A stretch of 64,000 nt of DNA, from the IMG/VR virus record IMGVR_UViG_3300027754_000037; one strand, given 5' to 3'. Position numbers and translations under genes: made by a program. Shown here piece after piece: positions 29,074 through 37,687 of the stretch; the first letter of the stretch is position 1; every line of letters starts with the position of its first letter. The notes beneath the pieces are model-generated. The model made no database searches and had not been told where the DNA came from. It saw only the letters and a program-made list of their open reading frames with translations. This DNA comes from a virus. Taxonomy: Duplodnaviria > Caudoviricetes.

Positions 29074-29381
29074 AAATGAGCGACCAAAATCAGAACCCCA
29101 CCAATGGTTTTGCCAACAGCCCTGATGCCCAGAGTGTCGATGTTCTAGGTGTGTTGAGCGGGTTACAGGCAAGCAACTGCAAGGTTGTTCACGGTGCTGC
29201 CGAGGGCATCCACCCAGTTGCCCTAAATAGCGTGAGTGCTGTTCGTGGGACATTTTCGGTGGCATACAACATCCCCGCTGACGCTTTGTCCTTTGTGGAT
29301 GGAGTTTCGGTTGCGGAAGATTACATCCTCCAGCCTAACGAAACGCTGGAGTTCATCAAGCAGGCGGGCGTGAAGGGTTAA
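29070..29381 (+). CDS. Ubiquitin-like (beta-grasp) protein ending AGVKG
   Basis: VDG..V..DYILQPNETLEFIKQAGVKG; overlaps the E1 stop; terminator follows at about 29404-29442. Confidence 0.75.
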   Translation: MKMSDQNQNPTNGFANSPDAQSVDVLGVLSGLQASNCKVVHGAAEGIHPVALNSVSAVRGTFSVAYNIPADALSFVDGVSVAEDYILQPNETLEFIKQAGVKG

Positions 29382-29559
29382 TCGCCCTTCGCCCGTTCTC
29401 TCTGCCCCCGCAAGGCCCACAAAGCCTTGCGGGGGTTTTTTATGTCGGGACCAAACTGCAAGCCTCAGAAAAATTCTAGAAAAAAATTGAATTTAATTGT
29501 ATTTTTGAAACAGAACTTCCTTATCACTTTGTATAGAGTTAAACAAAAGGAGGTGAGCC

Positions 29560-29898
29560 ATGACCAGTTCAGATCGCACTCCCAGCTACATTATCAAGGC
29601 TGTCCGTGCAGGGGCCAAAAAGGACAAAATTCTCGCCACCTATGCCGATGGGAGCACCGTGCTAGTGGTCAAGTCGGGAGGCAGCAAGTATGACCGGTTG
29701 GCAATTTACGGTCTATGTTCTAGGTGTCCTGAGTGGATTACAGGCACGGGCAAGAAAGGCTACTACTTCTGCCGCCTTGGGCCGAGCAGGAGCGTCAAGC
29801 TCCTTGATGGCGGGTTCAGTTGGAGTTACCCCAAGCCCGGTAAATTCGAGGGCTACCCGCTGGTCGGCTTGGTCACCATCGAAGATACCGCAGAATAG
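29560..29898 (+). CDS. Hypothetical protein
   Basis: SD AAGGAGG after promoter copy 11. Confidence 0.55.
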   Translation: MTSSDRTPSYIIKAVRAGAKKDKILATYADGSTVLVVKSGGSKYDRLAIYGLCSRCPEWITGTGKKGYYFCRLGPSRSVKLLDGGFSWSYPKPGKFEGYPLVGLVTIEDTAE

Positions 29899-29931
29899 AT
29901 ACCGATGTACGCTAAACAAGGGAGCAACACC

Positions 29932-30483
29932 ATGACCATTGCATTCAACTCTTTCGTGCGTCGTCAGACGGCAGAATCTCCTTTCTCTCACTTCTCTCGT
30001 TGGACTTTGTCCGATGAGAAGGTTTTAGAAATGGTCCAAGCCAACTTGGAAAAGGCCAAGAAGGGCTACAGGGACGGGGTGATTTTGGTCCCTGTGGCCC
30101 CTGAAGGGTTCTTCTCCAGCGTCATCCAGCTTCAAGCTGGTGACAAGCTGCATGGCGAGTTCAAAGCCCGCCGTGATGGGGAAGAGCCCCGCAAAACTCT
30201 CCACGCCAATGGGCAGAAGATCGCTGCCCAGAGTGTGGATGTTGTCCTCTACAGCAAAGAGGTGCTGGCTGAGGGCAAGGAAAACAGCACGGATGCTGAT
30301 TGGGAAATAGTCAGCTTCAATGCTAGTCCAGAAGTTGGTGAGATGCCGATCCAACCTGACACATTAATCGCTAACCACTTCCAGTTAAGTGGTGGAACGG
30401 CGACGAACATGAGTGACTCCGAATTCGTGGAGGCTCTCAAACAGTCTGTCCTGTATTGGAAGGACAAGGCTTTGGTTGGTTGA
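29932..30483 (+). CDS. DUF3228-like protein
   Basis: GYRDGVILVP, VDVVLYS.EVL, DADWEIVS, P..P.T...N...GG. Confidence 0.7.
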   Translation: MTIAFNSFVRRQTAESPFSHFSRWTLSDEKVLEMVQANLEKAKKGYRDGVILVPVAPEGFFSSVIQLQAGDKLHGEFKARRDGEEPRKTLHANGQKIAAQSVDVVLYSKEVLAEGKENSTDADWEIVSFNASPEVGEMPIQPDTLIANHFQLSGGTATNMSDSEFVEALKQSVLYWKDKALVG

Positions 30484-30504
30484 TTTCAACAAGGAGGAAA
30501 TCTG

Positions 30505-30696
30505 ATGCTTCACCGCATGGATAATGGTGACATTTTGAATGTCAGTCACATCGTTAGCATCACCTTGAGTGGCGACTTCACAGTAGTTGCCTTGGTCAAC
30601 TCTCAAGAGTTTCATTACCGTGGCGACATTCGCAGCAAGTTGTTGATGGACTTCAACATCGTTCTAACCTCTCATGACAAAAGGAGTCAAATATGA
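30505..30696 (+). CDS. Hypothetical protein
   Basis: SD AAGGAGG. Confidence 0.5.
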   Translation: MLHRMDNGDILNVSHIVSITLSGDFTVVALVNSQEFHYRGDIRSKLLMDFNIVLTSHDKRSQI

Positions 30697-30914
30697 AAAT
30701 TGCACATGTGAGCTTCTCCAACTGGGGAGGCGTGGTGGAAGCCATGCTTATCCCCAAGGATGAGGAGGCAAGGGTCAAGTGGGTACGAATCCCCACAAAG
30801 CGGGTCAAGCACCCACACCGCAAGGCTCTGCGTTGGCTTGCGGCAAACCACCCACAGGCTAGCCATAGTTACCATGTGGAAACAGGTGCGTGTGGCCCCT
30901 GCGAGTACAACTGA
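30693..30914 (+). CDS. Hypothetical protein
   Basis: SD AAGGAG. Confidence 0.5.
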   Translation: MKIAHVSFSNWGGVVEAMLIPKDEEARVKWVRIPTKRVKHPHRKALRWLAANHPQASHSYHVETGACGPCEYN

Positions 30915-30969
30915 GAAAAGGTGGAGATTTTTGTTGATTTATCGTCCCAGATCGTGTTAAGGTAAGTTT

Positions 30970-31166
30970 GTCGCAGGGTGTCTGGGGGGTTGTAACTAAA
31001 CCCCTGTTGTAGTTGTGAGGTTTTTTCTTTTCCCTCTTACGATAAAAGCCTATAGGGATAAGCTCCTCCCTATCACCAGATATACATGGAAAAGCTTTTA
31101 TACCAACTGAATCAGAACAGGAATCGGTTCTGATGCTACAACAACAGCCCCTGCAACCTTTTTTTC
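30970..31166 (+). ncRNA. Candidate structured ncRNA of about 190 nt
   Basis: Nested helices GCAGGG/CCCTGC, GGGGTT/AACCCC, TGTTGTAG/CTACAACA, ATAAAAGC/GCTTTTAT, ATAGGGA/TCCCTAT, ATCAGAAC/GTTCTGAT; TTGATT-N17-(T)TAAGGT upstream; T-run downstream. Confidence 0.6.
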
Positions 31167-31288
31167 ACCAAAAGTCAAAAAACTTTTGCGTGTAATTGTA
31201 TTTAAGTCACAAAACTTCCGATTAGACATTAGGCAACCTGCACTTTGCAAGTTGCCTAATGTCTAATTTTAATCTTAAGGAGTTTCTC

Positions 31289-31747
31289 ATGAATTGGATC
31301 AATGATGTTTTTTCCGTTCTAAGCGCACGAAATGCACCTATCAATAAGAAAGTCAAAAAGCCCGTGCCGACCAACAGTATCCTGACTCTGTATCCTTACA
31401 AGTCTTATGGCACTTGGGTGTTTGATGACGCTGCTACAGGACTTGTCCGAGAAGCTTTTGTTCAAGGCATCCCAGAAATTCTAGAGAAAGCTCTTGAAGA
31501 TGCTGGCATACCTCTAGACGAGGCAGAAGATGGTTGCAGCCTAGTGTTCAGCAAAAATAAGTTCCCAGATGCTACTGTCGTGCTTACACGCCTTGAAGGT
31601 GACAAGTTTAACAAGAGCTATGAGGGTAACTGGTACGAATCTCAAGATGGACTGAAGGGGTGGTTGTGCCCCGCTCTGTTCTGTTACTTCCAAGAGGCCC
31701 CTGAGAAAATCTACTGCAAAGTAGGTTGCAAGCCCAAGAAAAAGTAA
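31289..31747 (+). CDS. DUF6717-like protein
   Basis: PYKSYGTWVFDD..GL.REAFV.G, GNWY, GWLCPAL..YF..P..IY. Confidence 0.75.
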   Translation: MNWINDVFSVLSARNAPINKKVKKPVPTNSILTLYPYKSYGTWVFDDAATGLVREAFVQGIPEILEKALEDAGIPLDEAEDGCSLVFSKNKFPDATVVLTRLEGDKFNKSYEGNWYESQDGLKGWLCPALFCYFQEAPEKIYCKVGCKPKKK

Positions 31748-31822
31748 TTAATTTAATTTTCAGAACCCACAGAAATGTTCTGTGGGTTCTTTTTTCACAG
31801 TTCAACCAAATAGGAGACGCAA

Positions 31823-32413
31823 ATGAGCACAAGAGCCACTTACGAATTCAAAGACAAAAAAGCGCCAACCTTTTGTGTTTATATCCATCACGATGGGTAT
31901 CCAGATGGTGCTGCTGCATACTTCTACAACACCCTCATCAACCCCAGCAAAGGAAACTTTGCAACGCAATTTATTCGGTGCAATGAAGGCGCAGAACTAA
32001 CCAAGAATCACGCACAGCACGGCGATACGGAGTATCAATACACAATCAAAGGCAGCGGTCCAGAAGCGCATGTAAGTTGCTTTGACATTCGCCGTGATAA
32101 TTTTTGTTGGATAGACGGCAGGGATTTGTGTCCCCTTTGGGAGTTCATCAACAAAAATAGCAAATTAATTGCTGATTTTAAGCCATTTAAGTTGGTGCAG
32201 TTGCAATACAACCAACAGTTCTTGAATGAAACTACGGCTCAAAATATGCTGAAATCACCCGTGCATCACCTAAAATGCTGGGAAGGCAGGCACGAAGGCT
32301 GTGCAAACTGGAACACTTGCGTCCAAGATGTTCGTGTCTTGGTGCAGGCTTTTCCAGAACTTTACTCGCCCGATTTCTCCAAATATGGAATCACCTTAGA
32401 ACAAGTGGCCTAA
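31823..32413 (+). CDS. Conserved phage hypothetical protein
   Basis: MSTRA..YIHHDGYP motif; SD GGAG. Confidence 0.65.
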   Translation: MSTRATYEFKDKKAPTFCVYIHHDGYPDGAAAYFYNTLINPSKGNFATQFIRCNEGAELTKNHAQHGDTEYQYTIKGSGPEAHVSCFDIRRDNFCWIDGRDLCPLWEFINKNSKLIADFKPFKLVQLQYNQQFLNETTAQNMLKSPVHHLKCWEGRHEGCANWNTCVQDVRVLVQAFPELYSPDFSKYGITLEQVA

Positions 32414-32619
32414 AGTCCGGCAATTTTAGGTCATTTGCTAACCCAGATTGCGCAGCTTAACATATCTTGCTGCGTGGTCTGGGTTTTTTTGTAAAAATCA
32501 AATTTCTTTGACTTTAATTGTATTTTTGAAACAAAACTTCCTGTAGGACTTTGACGGTGTGAAAATTTTAAACACCCTGCCCGTATACAGGGTGTAACAT
32601 CCCAACAAGGAGCTTTTCT

Positions 32620-34194
32620 ATGTCAGCATACCTCATGATCCAGAATCCCGGTGTGGCACCTAGCGAGGCCTTCACATTACTTGGAGCCAGCACGAAGCGT
32701 GGCTCTGACAGTAATGCAACTATTGGAAAGTTTGGAACCGGCAACAAGCAGGGAGTTGCCGTCTGTTTGAGGAACAACCTCAATCCAATTGTATTTTGTG
32801 GGAATCTGAAGCTCGAGTTTGGCACTCGAGTGCAGAATGTCCACGATGGATTGAAGAACACGGCTTTCAACCGTGTGGTGGTCAAGTTTGGCGGTAAGGA
32901 TGCAAATGGCAGCACCCGAACCAGCACAGAAGATTTGGGGTTTGTGCTGGAACACGGAGCAACCGATTGGGGAGGTGTCGATCTCGCCCTGCGTGAGTTC
33001 GTGTCAAATTCACTTGACAGGGCCTACGAAGAAGATCAACACGCTTGGAATGTGGAATACACTTCCAAGTTGACAACGGAGGAGAGGGCGCAGGCAGAAA
33101 TTCCTTACACTCGTGAGCGGGAGGCGTTCCTGAAATCTCTGAGGGGATTTCAGAGCCAGCAGCAATGCTACCACGATGTCAAGGTGGAGATCGTGAACGA
33201 GGCTCAAGTCCGAGCCAAGGCCGGTCACACTCGAGTCTTTGTGCCACTCACCGAAGAGGTGCTCAAGTTCCACACCAACTTGGGCAAGTGGTTCTTGCAC
33301 TTTAGCGAACCGCAACTTCTTAACGAGGCAATTCTGCCAAAGTCCAATCGGAACTTCAAGGACAAAGGCACCGCTGTCATTTATCGTCGTGGTGTGCGAG
33401 TCCGTGAGATCGAACAGCATTCAGCCAAGCCGAGCCTTTTCGATTACAACCTTGAGAATCTCAAGCTTGACGAGAGTCGCAAGGTTGACGATTGGTATGT
33501 CCAGCACGAAGCTGCAAGGGCTTTTGCCAATGCTTCCAAGATTCAGCTTGGTGTGTTTTGGCAGGCAATGGCCGATGCCCAGAGGGTTTGGGAGCAGGAG
33601 TTCAGCGAGTACGGTCTTGAGGGTTTAAATGACCAGCAGAAGGCCGTGTGGTGCGAGAGCTTTGAGTCCACTCTGGGTGCCAACGCCGTGATCTCCACCG
33701 ACGAGGGTGGTGAGCAGGCAGCAAGGAAGGGCTTCAAGGTAGTCAAGGCACCTACAGCCATCGTCCAAGCTGCCAGAAAACGAGGTGTGCGTACTCCTGA
33801 GACTGTCTTGACGCAAGATGAGCGGGAAGGACGGCAGGTGTACGACAGCACCCCTGACGCTGAGGCAGCAGTTGACTTTGCGTGGGGTCTTGTCGAGAAG
33901 TATGGCTTGCAGAATGGTCGCAAGCGTCCCATCGTCAAGACCTTCCGACAGGCGATGGAGGGTGGAAGCCAGTTGCTCGGCTACTACCGTGACGGCACCG
34001 TCTTTATCAATCAAGACATTGCCGGTAACGGTGCCCTTGTGACTGGTTGGCACGGGCTCAACCAGCAACTGCTTGCTACTGCTCTGGAAGAGGTGGCCCA
34101 TCACGCTACTGGAGCAGTTGACTTCACACGGGATTTCCAAGACTTGCTCTTGAATATCACCGTGTACGCTGCCAAGGAACTGCTGATTCGCTGA
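32620..34194 (+). CDS. GHKL (HATPase_c-like) ATPase with permuted motif order and C-terminal zincin-like motif
   Basis: IQNPG..LLGASTK..IGKFGTGNK precedes DW..ALREFVSNSLD; C-terminal LEEVAHH. Confidence 0.7.
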   Translation: MSAYLMIQNPGVAPSEAFTLLGASTKRGSDSNATIGKFGTGNKQGVAVCLRNNLNPIVFCGNLKLEFGTRVQNVHDGLKNTAFNRVVVKFGGKDANGSTRTSTEDLGFVLEHGATDWGGVDLALREFVSNSLDRAYEEDQHAWNVEYTSKLTTEERAQAEIPYTREREAFLKSLRGFQSQQQCYHDVKVEIVNEAQVRAKAGHTRVFVPLTEEVLKFHTNLGKWFLHFSEPQLLNEAILPKSNRNFKDKGTAVIYRRGVRVREIEQHSAKPSLFDYNLENLKLDESRKVDDWYVQHEAARAFANASKIQLGVFWQAMADAQRVWEQEFSEYGLEGLNDQQKAVWCESFESTLGANAVISTDEGGEQAARKGFKVVKAPTAIVQAARKRGVRTPETVLTQDEREGRQVYDSTPDAEAAVDFAWGLVEKYGLQNGRKRPIVKTFRQAMEGGSQLLGYYRDGTVFINQDIAGNGALVTGWHGLNQQLLATALEEVAHHATGAVDFTRDFQDLLLNITVYAAKELLIR

Positions 34195-34205
34195 CCTTGG
34201 CATGA

Positions 34206-34250
34206 TCCCGCCGTGGGGAATGTTCGCCCCAAGTCACGGCAACTTGGGGC
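34206..34250 (+). ncRNA. Two-hairpin kissing-loop element, copy 1
   Basis: TCCC[GCCGTG]GGGA and GCCCCAAGT[CACGGCA]ACTTGGGGC; loops complementary. Confidence 0.5.
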
Positions 34251-34325
34251 TGGAGGCAACTTTCAATATTTTCCGTGTAATAGTGATTACTGTGTTGCTA
34301 AAAATCAAATGGAGATGCCATTACC

Positions 34326-34547
34326 ATGATGTACGATTTTCCTCCTGCCTATGTGGTTTACGAAGACCTTAGACAATTTGAGGTCAGCTTTACCATAAAG
34401 AAACCACGCACCATCCGCAGCAAACAGGTGGTGAGTGCTTCCAGTTCGCAGAATGCCCGTGATGTGATTTACGCACAGTATGGGAAGGATAGTGTGACCA
34501 ATATGTCTGTTCGTGAATTGAAGAATAAGGAGAATGCCGATGAATGA
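34326..34547 (+). CDS. Hypothetical protein
   Basis: SD GGAG; 73 aa. Confidence 0.5.
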   Translation: MMYDFPPAYVVYEDLRQFEVSFTIKKPRTIRSKQVVSASSSQNARDVIYAQYGKDSVTNMSVRELKNKENADE

Positions 34548-34728
34548 TAGCGAAAAAAGAGTAACTATATTTGCGCTAACATCGTTGAAAGATTCTTTAT
34601 CATCCCGTATTATAGATTATATGATAGGTGATGGAATACCAGGAGTACATGAAAATGATATAAATGGTGTTGCCGATATTATATCTGGTGCTATTTTGGC
34701 AGTTGAAGGGTGCTATTTTGGCAGTTGA
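34540..34728 (+). CDS. Hypothetical protein
   Basis: SD AAGGAG; 3' end contains a 21-bp tandem duplication. Confidence 0.45.
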   Translation: MNDSEKRVTIFALTSLKDSLSSRIIDYMIGDGIPGVHENDINGVADIISGAILAVEGCYFGS

Positions 34729-34801
34729 AGGGAAGGATATATAATATGCAAAGACCCCCAAGGTGTAGTGCCTTGGGGGTCTTTGTGTCTCTTTCGCAAA
34801 A

Positions 34802-34873
34802 AGCGGGTGAAGAGATTTGAACTCTCAACATTCTGCGTGGAAGGCAGACGCTCTACCGTTGAGCTACACCCGC
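34802..34873 (-). tRNA. tRNA-Gly(TCC)
   Basis: Acceptor GCGGGTG/CACCCGC plus U73; D-arm GCTC/GAGC; anticodon arm TCTGC-CTTCCAC-GCAGA; T-loop TTCAAAT; no encoded CCA. Confidence 0.9.
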
Positions 34874-35139
34874 ATTATCGTTAGGTGGTTTGCCAGTTGG
34901 GTTGAACCAAAGCATCTTGGTTGGCGACATGCCACCTTGGACAGCATTTTCAAGTGCTGTTCTTTGTGGCATTTTGTTGTCGAGTGCTTCAGCAGCATCG
35001 TTGTTAATCTTCTTAATTACTTCGATGTCCCACATGAATAACCTCCTCTTCATTAAATTAGTATTTATGTAATTTTTTTTAACTTTAATTGTATTTTTGA
35101 CACGAAACTTCCTGTAGTCCTTTGAAGGGAGGTTTTTCA

Positions 35140-35580
35140 ATGATCAAAAACCATGAGATAGGCACGGTTGAAACTCTGAGTGGAAAAATGGTTGTTATTT
35201 CGCACGAAGAGTTCGTGCGATTATGCGATGATCACGGGTTGGATGTCAAGACAGTCTTGACTGAATATGACAATGTACCTCTGAACTTTGGCTATGACAG
35301 CGTGTTTGGAGTAGACGCTGTAAAAACGCTGAATAAGGATGGTAAAGTCTATTCGGCAGCGACTATTGGCATTCAGCCTTGTGAGTTTGTCAGAATGCTC
35401 TACGAGGGCGAGAAATCTTTTCAAGAGTTTCTCGCAGAGCAGCACAAAAACGAAGGGACGATAGTTCCCGGCAGCGCCATATGGCAGAAATCTGCCAAGG
35501 ACTATCACAACTACATTCTAGGTGTAAGTGGCGAAAATCGCCCCAACACCGATCTTGACCTGTTTTTCGCAGGAGCCTGA
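35140..35580 (+). CDS. Hypothetical protein
   Basis: SD GGAGG after promoter copy 14. Confidence 0.55.
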   Translation: MIKNHEIGTVETLSGKMVVISHEEFVRLCDDHGLDVKTVLTEYDNVPLNFGYDSVFGVDAVKTLNKDGKVYSAATIGIQPCEFVRMLYEGEKSFQEFLAEQHKNEGTIVPGSAIWQKSAKDYHNYILGVSGENRPNTDLDLFFAGA

Positions 35581-35646
35581 GTTCGATTCACGACCATCCC
35601 GGCGTATACCGGGGTGGTCTGTTTGTTTAATCAAAAGGAGCATCCG

Positions 35647-35931
35647 ATGAACCTGAAACAACACCAACTGATTTGGCGCAAGAACTTTCGTGGACCAGTA
35701 CCCTACAAGCGGGGTGAAACCTGCTTTTCAACGGTACGCAGCAAAGTGGCTGAAGGAATTGAATTCTTCATCCTGAATATCCCCAAGGATCATCCAGAAT
35801 TTGAAACTTTGAACGAAGAGTTCAAAGTCATCCACAAAAATGATTGGGACGGCGACTACTTGGTGCCTTGCCAGTTCGTCCAGTTTGCCGAAGTAGCGGT
35901 GACCTCGCAAGGAGGGGAAACAAGTGAGTGA
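35647..35931 (+). CDS. Hypothetical protein
   Basis: SD AAGGAG. Confidence 0.55.
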   Translation: MNLKQHQLIWRKNFRGPVPYKRGETCFSTVRSKVAEGIEFFILNIPKDHPEFETLNEEFKVIHKNDWDGDYLVPCQFVQFAEVAVTSQGGETSE

Positions 35932-36142
35932 TAGCATTAAAAGGATCAATATCCTTATGGATGTTTTTCCTGAATACAAGGAAGACCCAAGCGTACTGAT
36001 TGAAGACTTCAAATGTTGGGTGGAGAAAAATAGAGAGGAATTGATCGAAGAAAAAACCGAAAGCATGGTGGATTTGATTTCTTTGAGTGGACAACTTCAA
36101 TCAGTATGTGGCGATGAAGTTGTTAGGGTAATGTTGGGGTAA
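35924..36142 (+). CDS. Hypothetical protein
   Basis: SD GGAGG; overlaps upstream stop. Confidence 0.5.
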   Translation: MSDSIKRINILMDVFPEYKEDPSVLIEDFKCWVEKNREELIEEKTESMVDLISLSGQLQSVCGDEVVRVMLG

Positions 36143-36211
36143 AATAATTCCTAAATATTACAATTGTATTTTTTGAACATAAATTCCTGTAAGACTATGG
36201 AGGAACTAAAA

Positions 36212-36604
36212 ATGAAGATACTTCAAGCGTTCGTCTATAGGAACCTACACCAAGCCGGTGTGTGTTATTCAGTAAAGGATCGCAGCACCGGCAAGGTGGC
36301 CATGCACTCCAACAACTTGGTGGTGAGCAGGGCCAACTTCATAGTCCAAAAAGGCGGACAAGCAAAAGTTCGTCAATTGGGTCGAAAACAAGTTCATGCA
36401 GGGGTTGTTGGCGATTTGGTGGTTGACCCCATCGAGTTGGCCAAAGTCCTGCCCGAACTCCAAAGTGCCCCCAAAGCACAATATAACCCCTACCAGAACG
36501 ATACCTTCGTGTCTGAGTCTAACGAACCGCTGACCAAGGCAGACTATGTGCTGCTTACTAGCGAAAATGGCAAGTCGTCTGTCCGTTACATCACAAAGGA
36601 GTAG
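36212..36604 (+). CDS. Conserved phage hypothetical protein
   Basis: VYRNLH..YSV, KQVHAGVVG, YNPY..TFV motifs. Confidence 0.65.
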   Translation: MKILQAFVYRNLHQAGVCYSVKDRSTGKVAMHSNNLVVSRANFIVQKGGQAKVRQLGRKQVHAGVVGDLVVDPIELAKVLPELQSAPKAQYNPYQNDTFVSESNEPLTKADYVLLTSENGKSSVRYITKE

Positions 36605-36608
36605 TTCG

Positions 36609-36890
36609 ATGAGCACCACACTTGAAAAAGAACCAAAAGCCAATCCCGTAAGGGACAAGGTTGTTTTTAATGTACTCAAGGCCTTGGGAACACCTCCCGG
36701 TTACTATCAGACAAAAGCCAGCAATGTCTTCGAGAATCGATGGAGAGTCGATGTATGGGTCACCATTGCCCAATCGATTCTCGGCACCATTGCCCAGTCT
36801 GTAATCACAGACAGTTTCTTTGTGGTTGCCGATGAGAACGGGAAGGTAGTTTCGCCAATAATCACCAATAAGTATGGAGAAAATCGATGA
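36609..36890 (+). CDS. Hypothetical protein
   Basis: SD AAGGAG; NRWRVDVW. Confidence 0.55.
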   Translation: MSTTLEKEPKANPVRDKVVFNVLKALGTPPGYYQTKASNVFENRWRVDVWVTIAQSILGTIAQSVITDSFFVVADENGKVVSPIITNKYGENR

Positions 36891-37135
36891 ACAACTACAG
36901 GCATCAGTTGTTATTTGATAACGGTTTTGGAATAAGTATAATTTGCCATAGCTCAAGCTATGGAAATGAAAGTTGCCTGTTTGAGGTTGCTTTGTTGAAG
37001 GAGGGTGGACTTGTTTATCACGAGAATTTTCGGGATGTGCGGGGTTTTTTAGATTTCCACGCCGTTGCCCGGACGGTTGATGAGGTCAAGGCTTATAAAT
37101 CCGACCTCATCGTCCAGAATCATCCTTGTTTTTGA
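36887..37135 (+). CDS. Conserved phage hypothetical protein
   Basis: FDNGFGISII..SYG..LFEVALL. Confidence 0.6.
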   Translation: MNNYRHQLLFDNGFGISIICHSSSYGNESCLFEVALLKEGGLVYHENFRDVRGFLDFHAVARTVDEVKAYKSDLIVQNHPCF

Positions 37136-37160
37136 AGTCATTTACTAAGGAGGCGACAAG

Positions 37161-37406
37161 ATGAGCGAACAATATAGAGGTTTTTACTTCATTCACAAAA
37201 CTGAGGTGAAGGACCTCACGAAAGAACAACTTTGGGAGGAGGTCGAGGAGTACGACCGGAGGTGTGAGGTCGCAGCAAGGAACGGCGAGGGAATTAGCTC
37301 GAAGGAGGGGGTGAGGAACCGACTCTGCCGTGCAGAATTGTATCAGCGCACTTGGGGAAATATCCCCTTCGAGCAGGTTCAAAATTTCTTTGAGCCAATT
37401 TCTTAA
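37161..37406 (+). CDS. Hypothetical protein
   Basis: SD AAGGAGG. Confidence 0.55.
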   Translation: MSEQYRGFYFIHKTEVKDLTKEQLWEEVEEYDRRCEVAARNGEGISSKEGVRNRLCRAELYQRTWGNIPFEQVQNFFEPIS

Positions 37407-37426
37407 TTACAACCTAGGAATCAGAA

Positions 37427-37654
37427 ATGAAAGTATCATTAGACAATGGCAATACATGGGTAGAAGTAGAAAATTTAAAGGTTATTCAAAATATTGAAGA
37501 CCCAACTGATTACGAAGATGAACCTTCCGAAGTGGAGTTGCATTTCAATTTCACTTCAGAAGGAGTGGTTACTGATGTTTGGATAAACGATATTTGTCAG
37601 GGTACTTCAAGTGAAGTTTATTTGACTATCGGAGACAATTTGGTCAACCACTAG
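37427..37654 (+). CDS. Hypothetical acidic protein
   Basis: SD AGGA. Confidence 0.5.
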   Translation: MKVSLDNGNTWVEVENLKVIQNIEDPTDYEDEPSEVELHFNFTSEGVVTDVWINDICQGTSSEVYLTIGDNLVNH

Positions 37655-37687
37655 TTTTTTTGATTGTACAGCCTAATAATTAAACAA

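Noticed and set aside
25801-34203. Long minus-strand ORFs opposite the E2, JAB, E1 and GHKL genes (e.g. 27224-27676, 33625-34203)
   Set aside because: Shadow ORFs of GC-richer coding sequence; no SD or motifs; the + strand carries recognisable domains
35575-35620. tRNA fragment at GTTCGATTC
   Set aside because: No T-stem, acceptor stem or anticodon arm can be built around it
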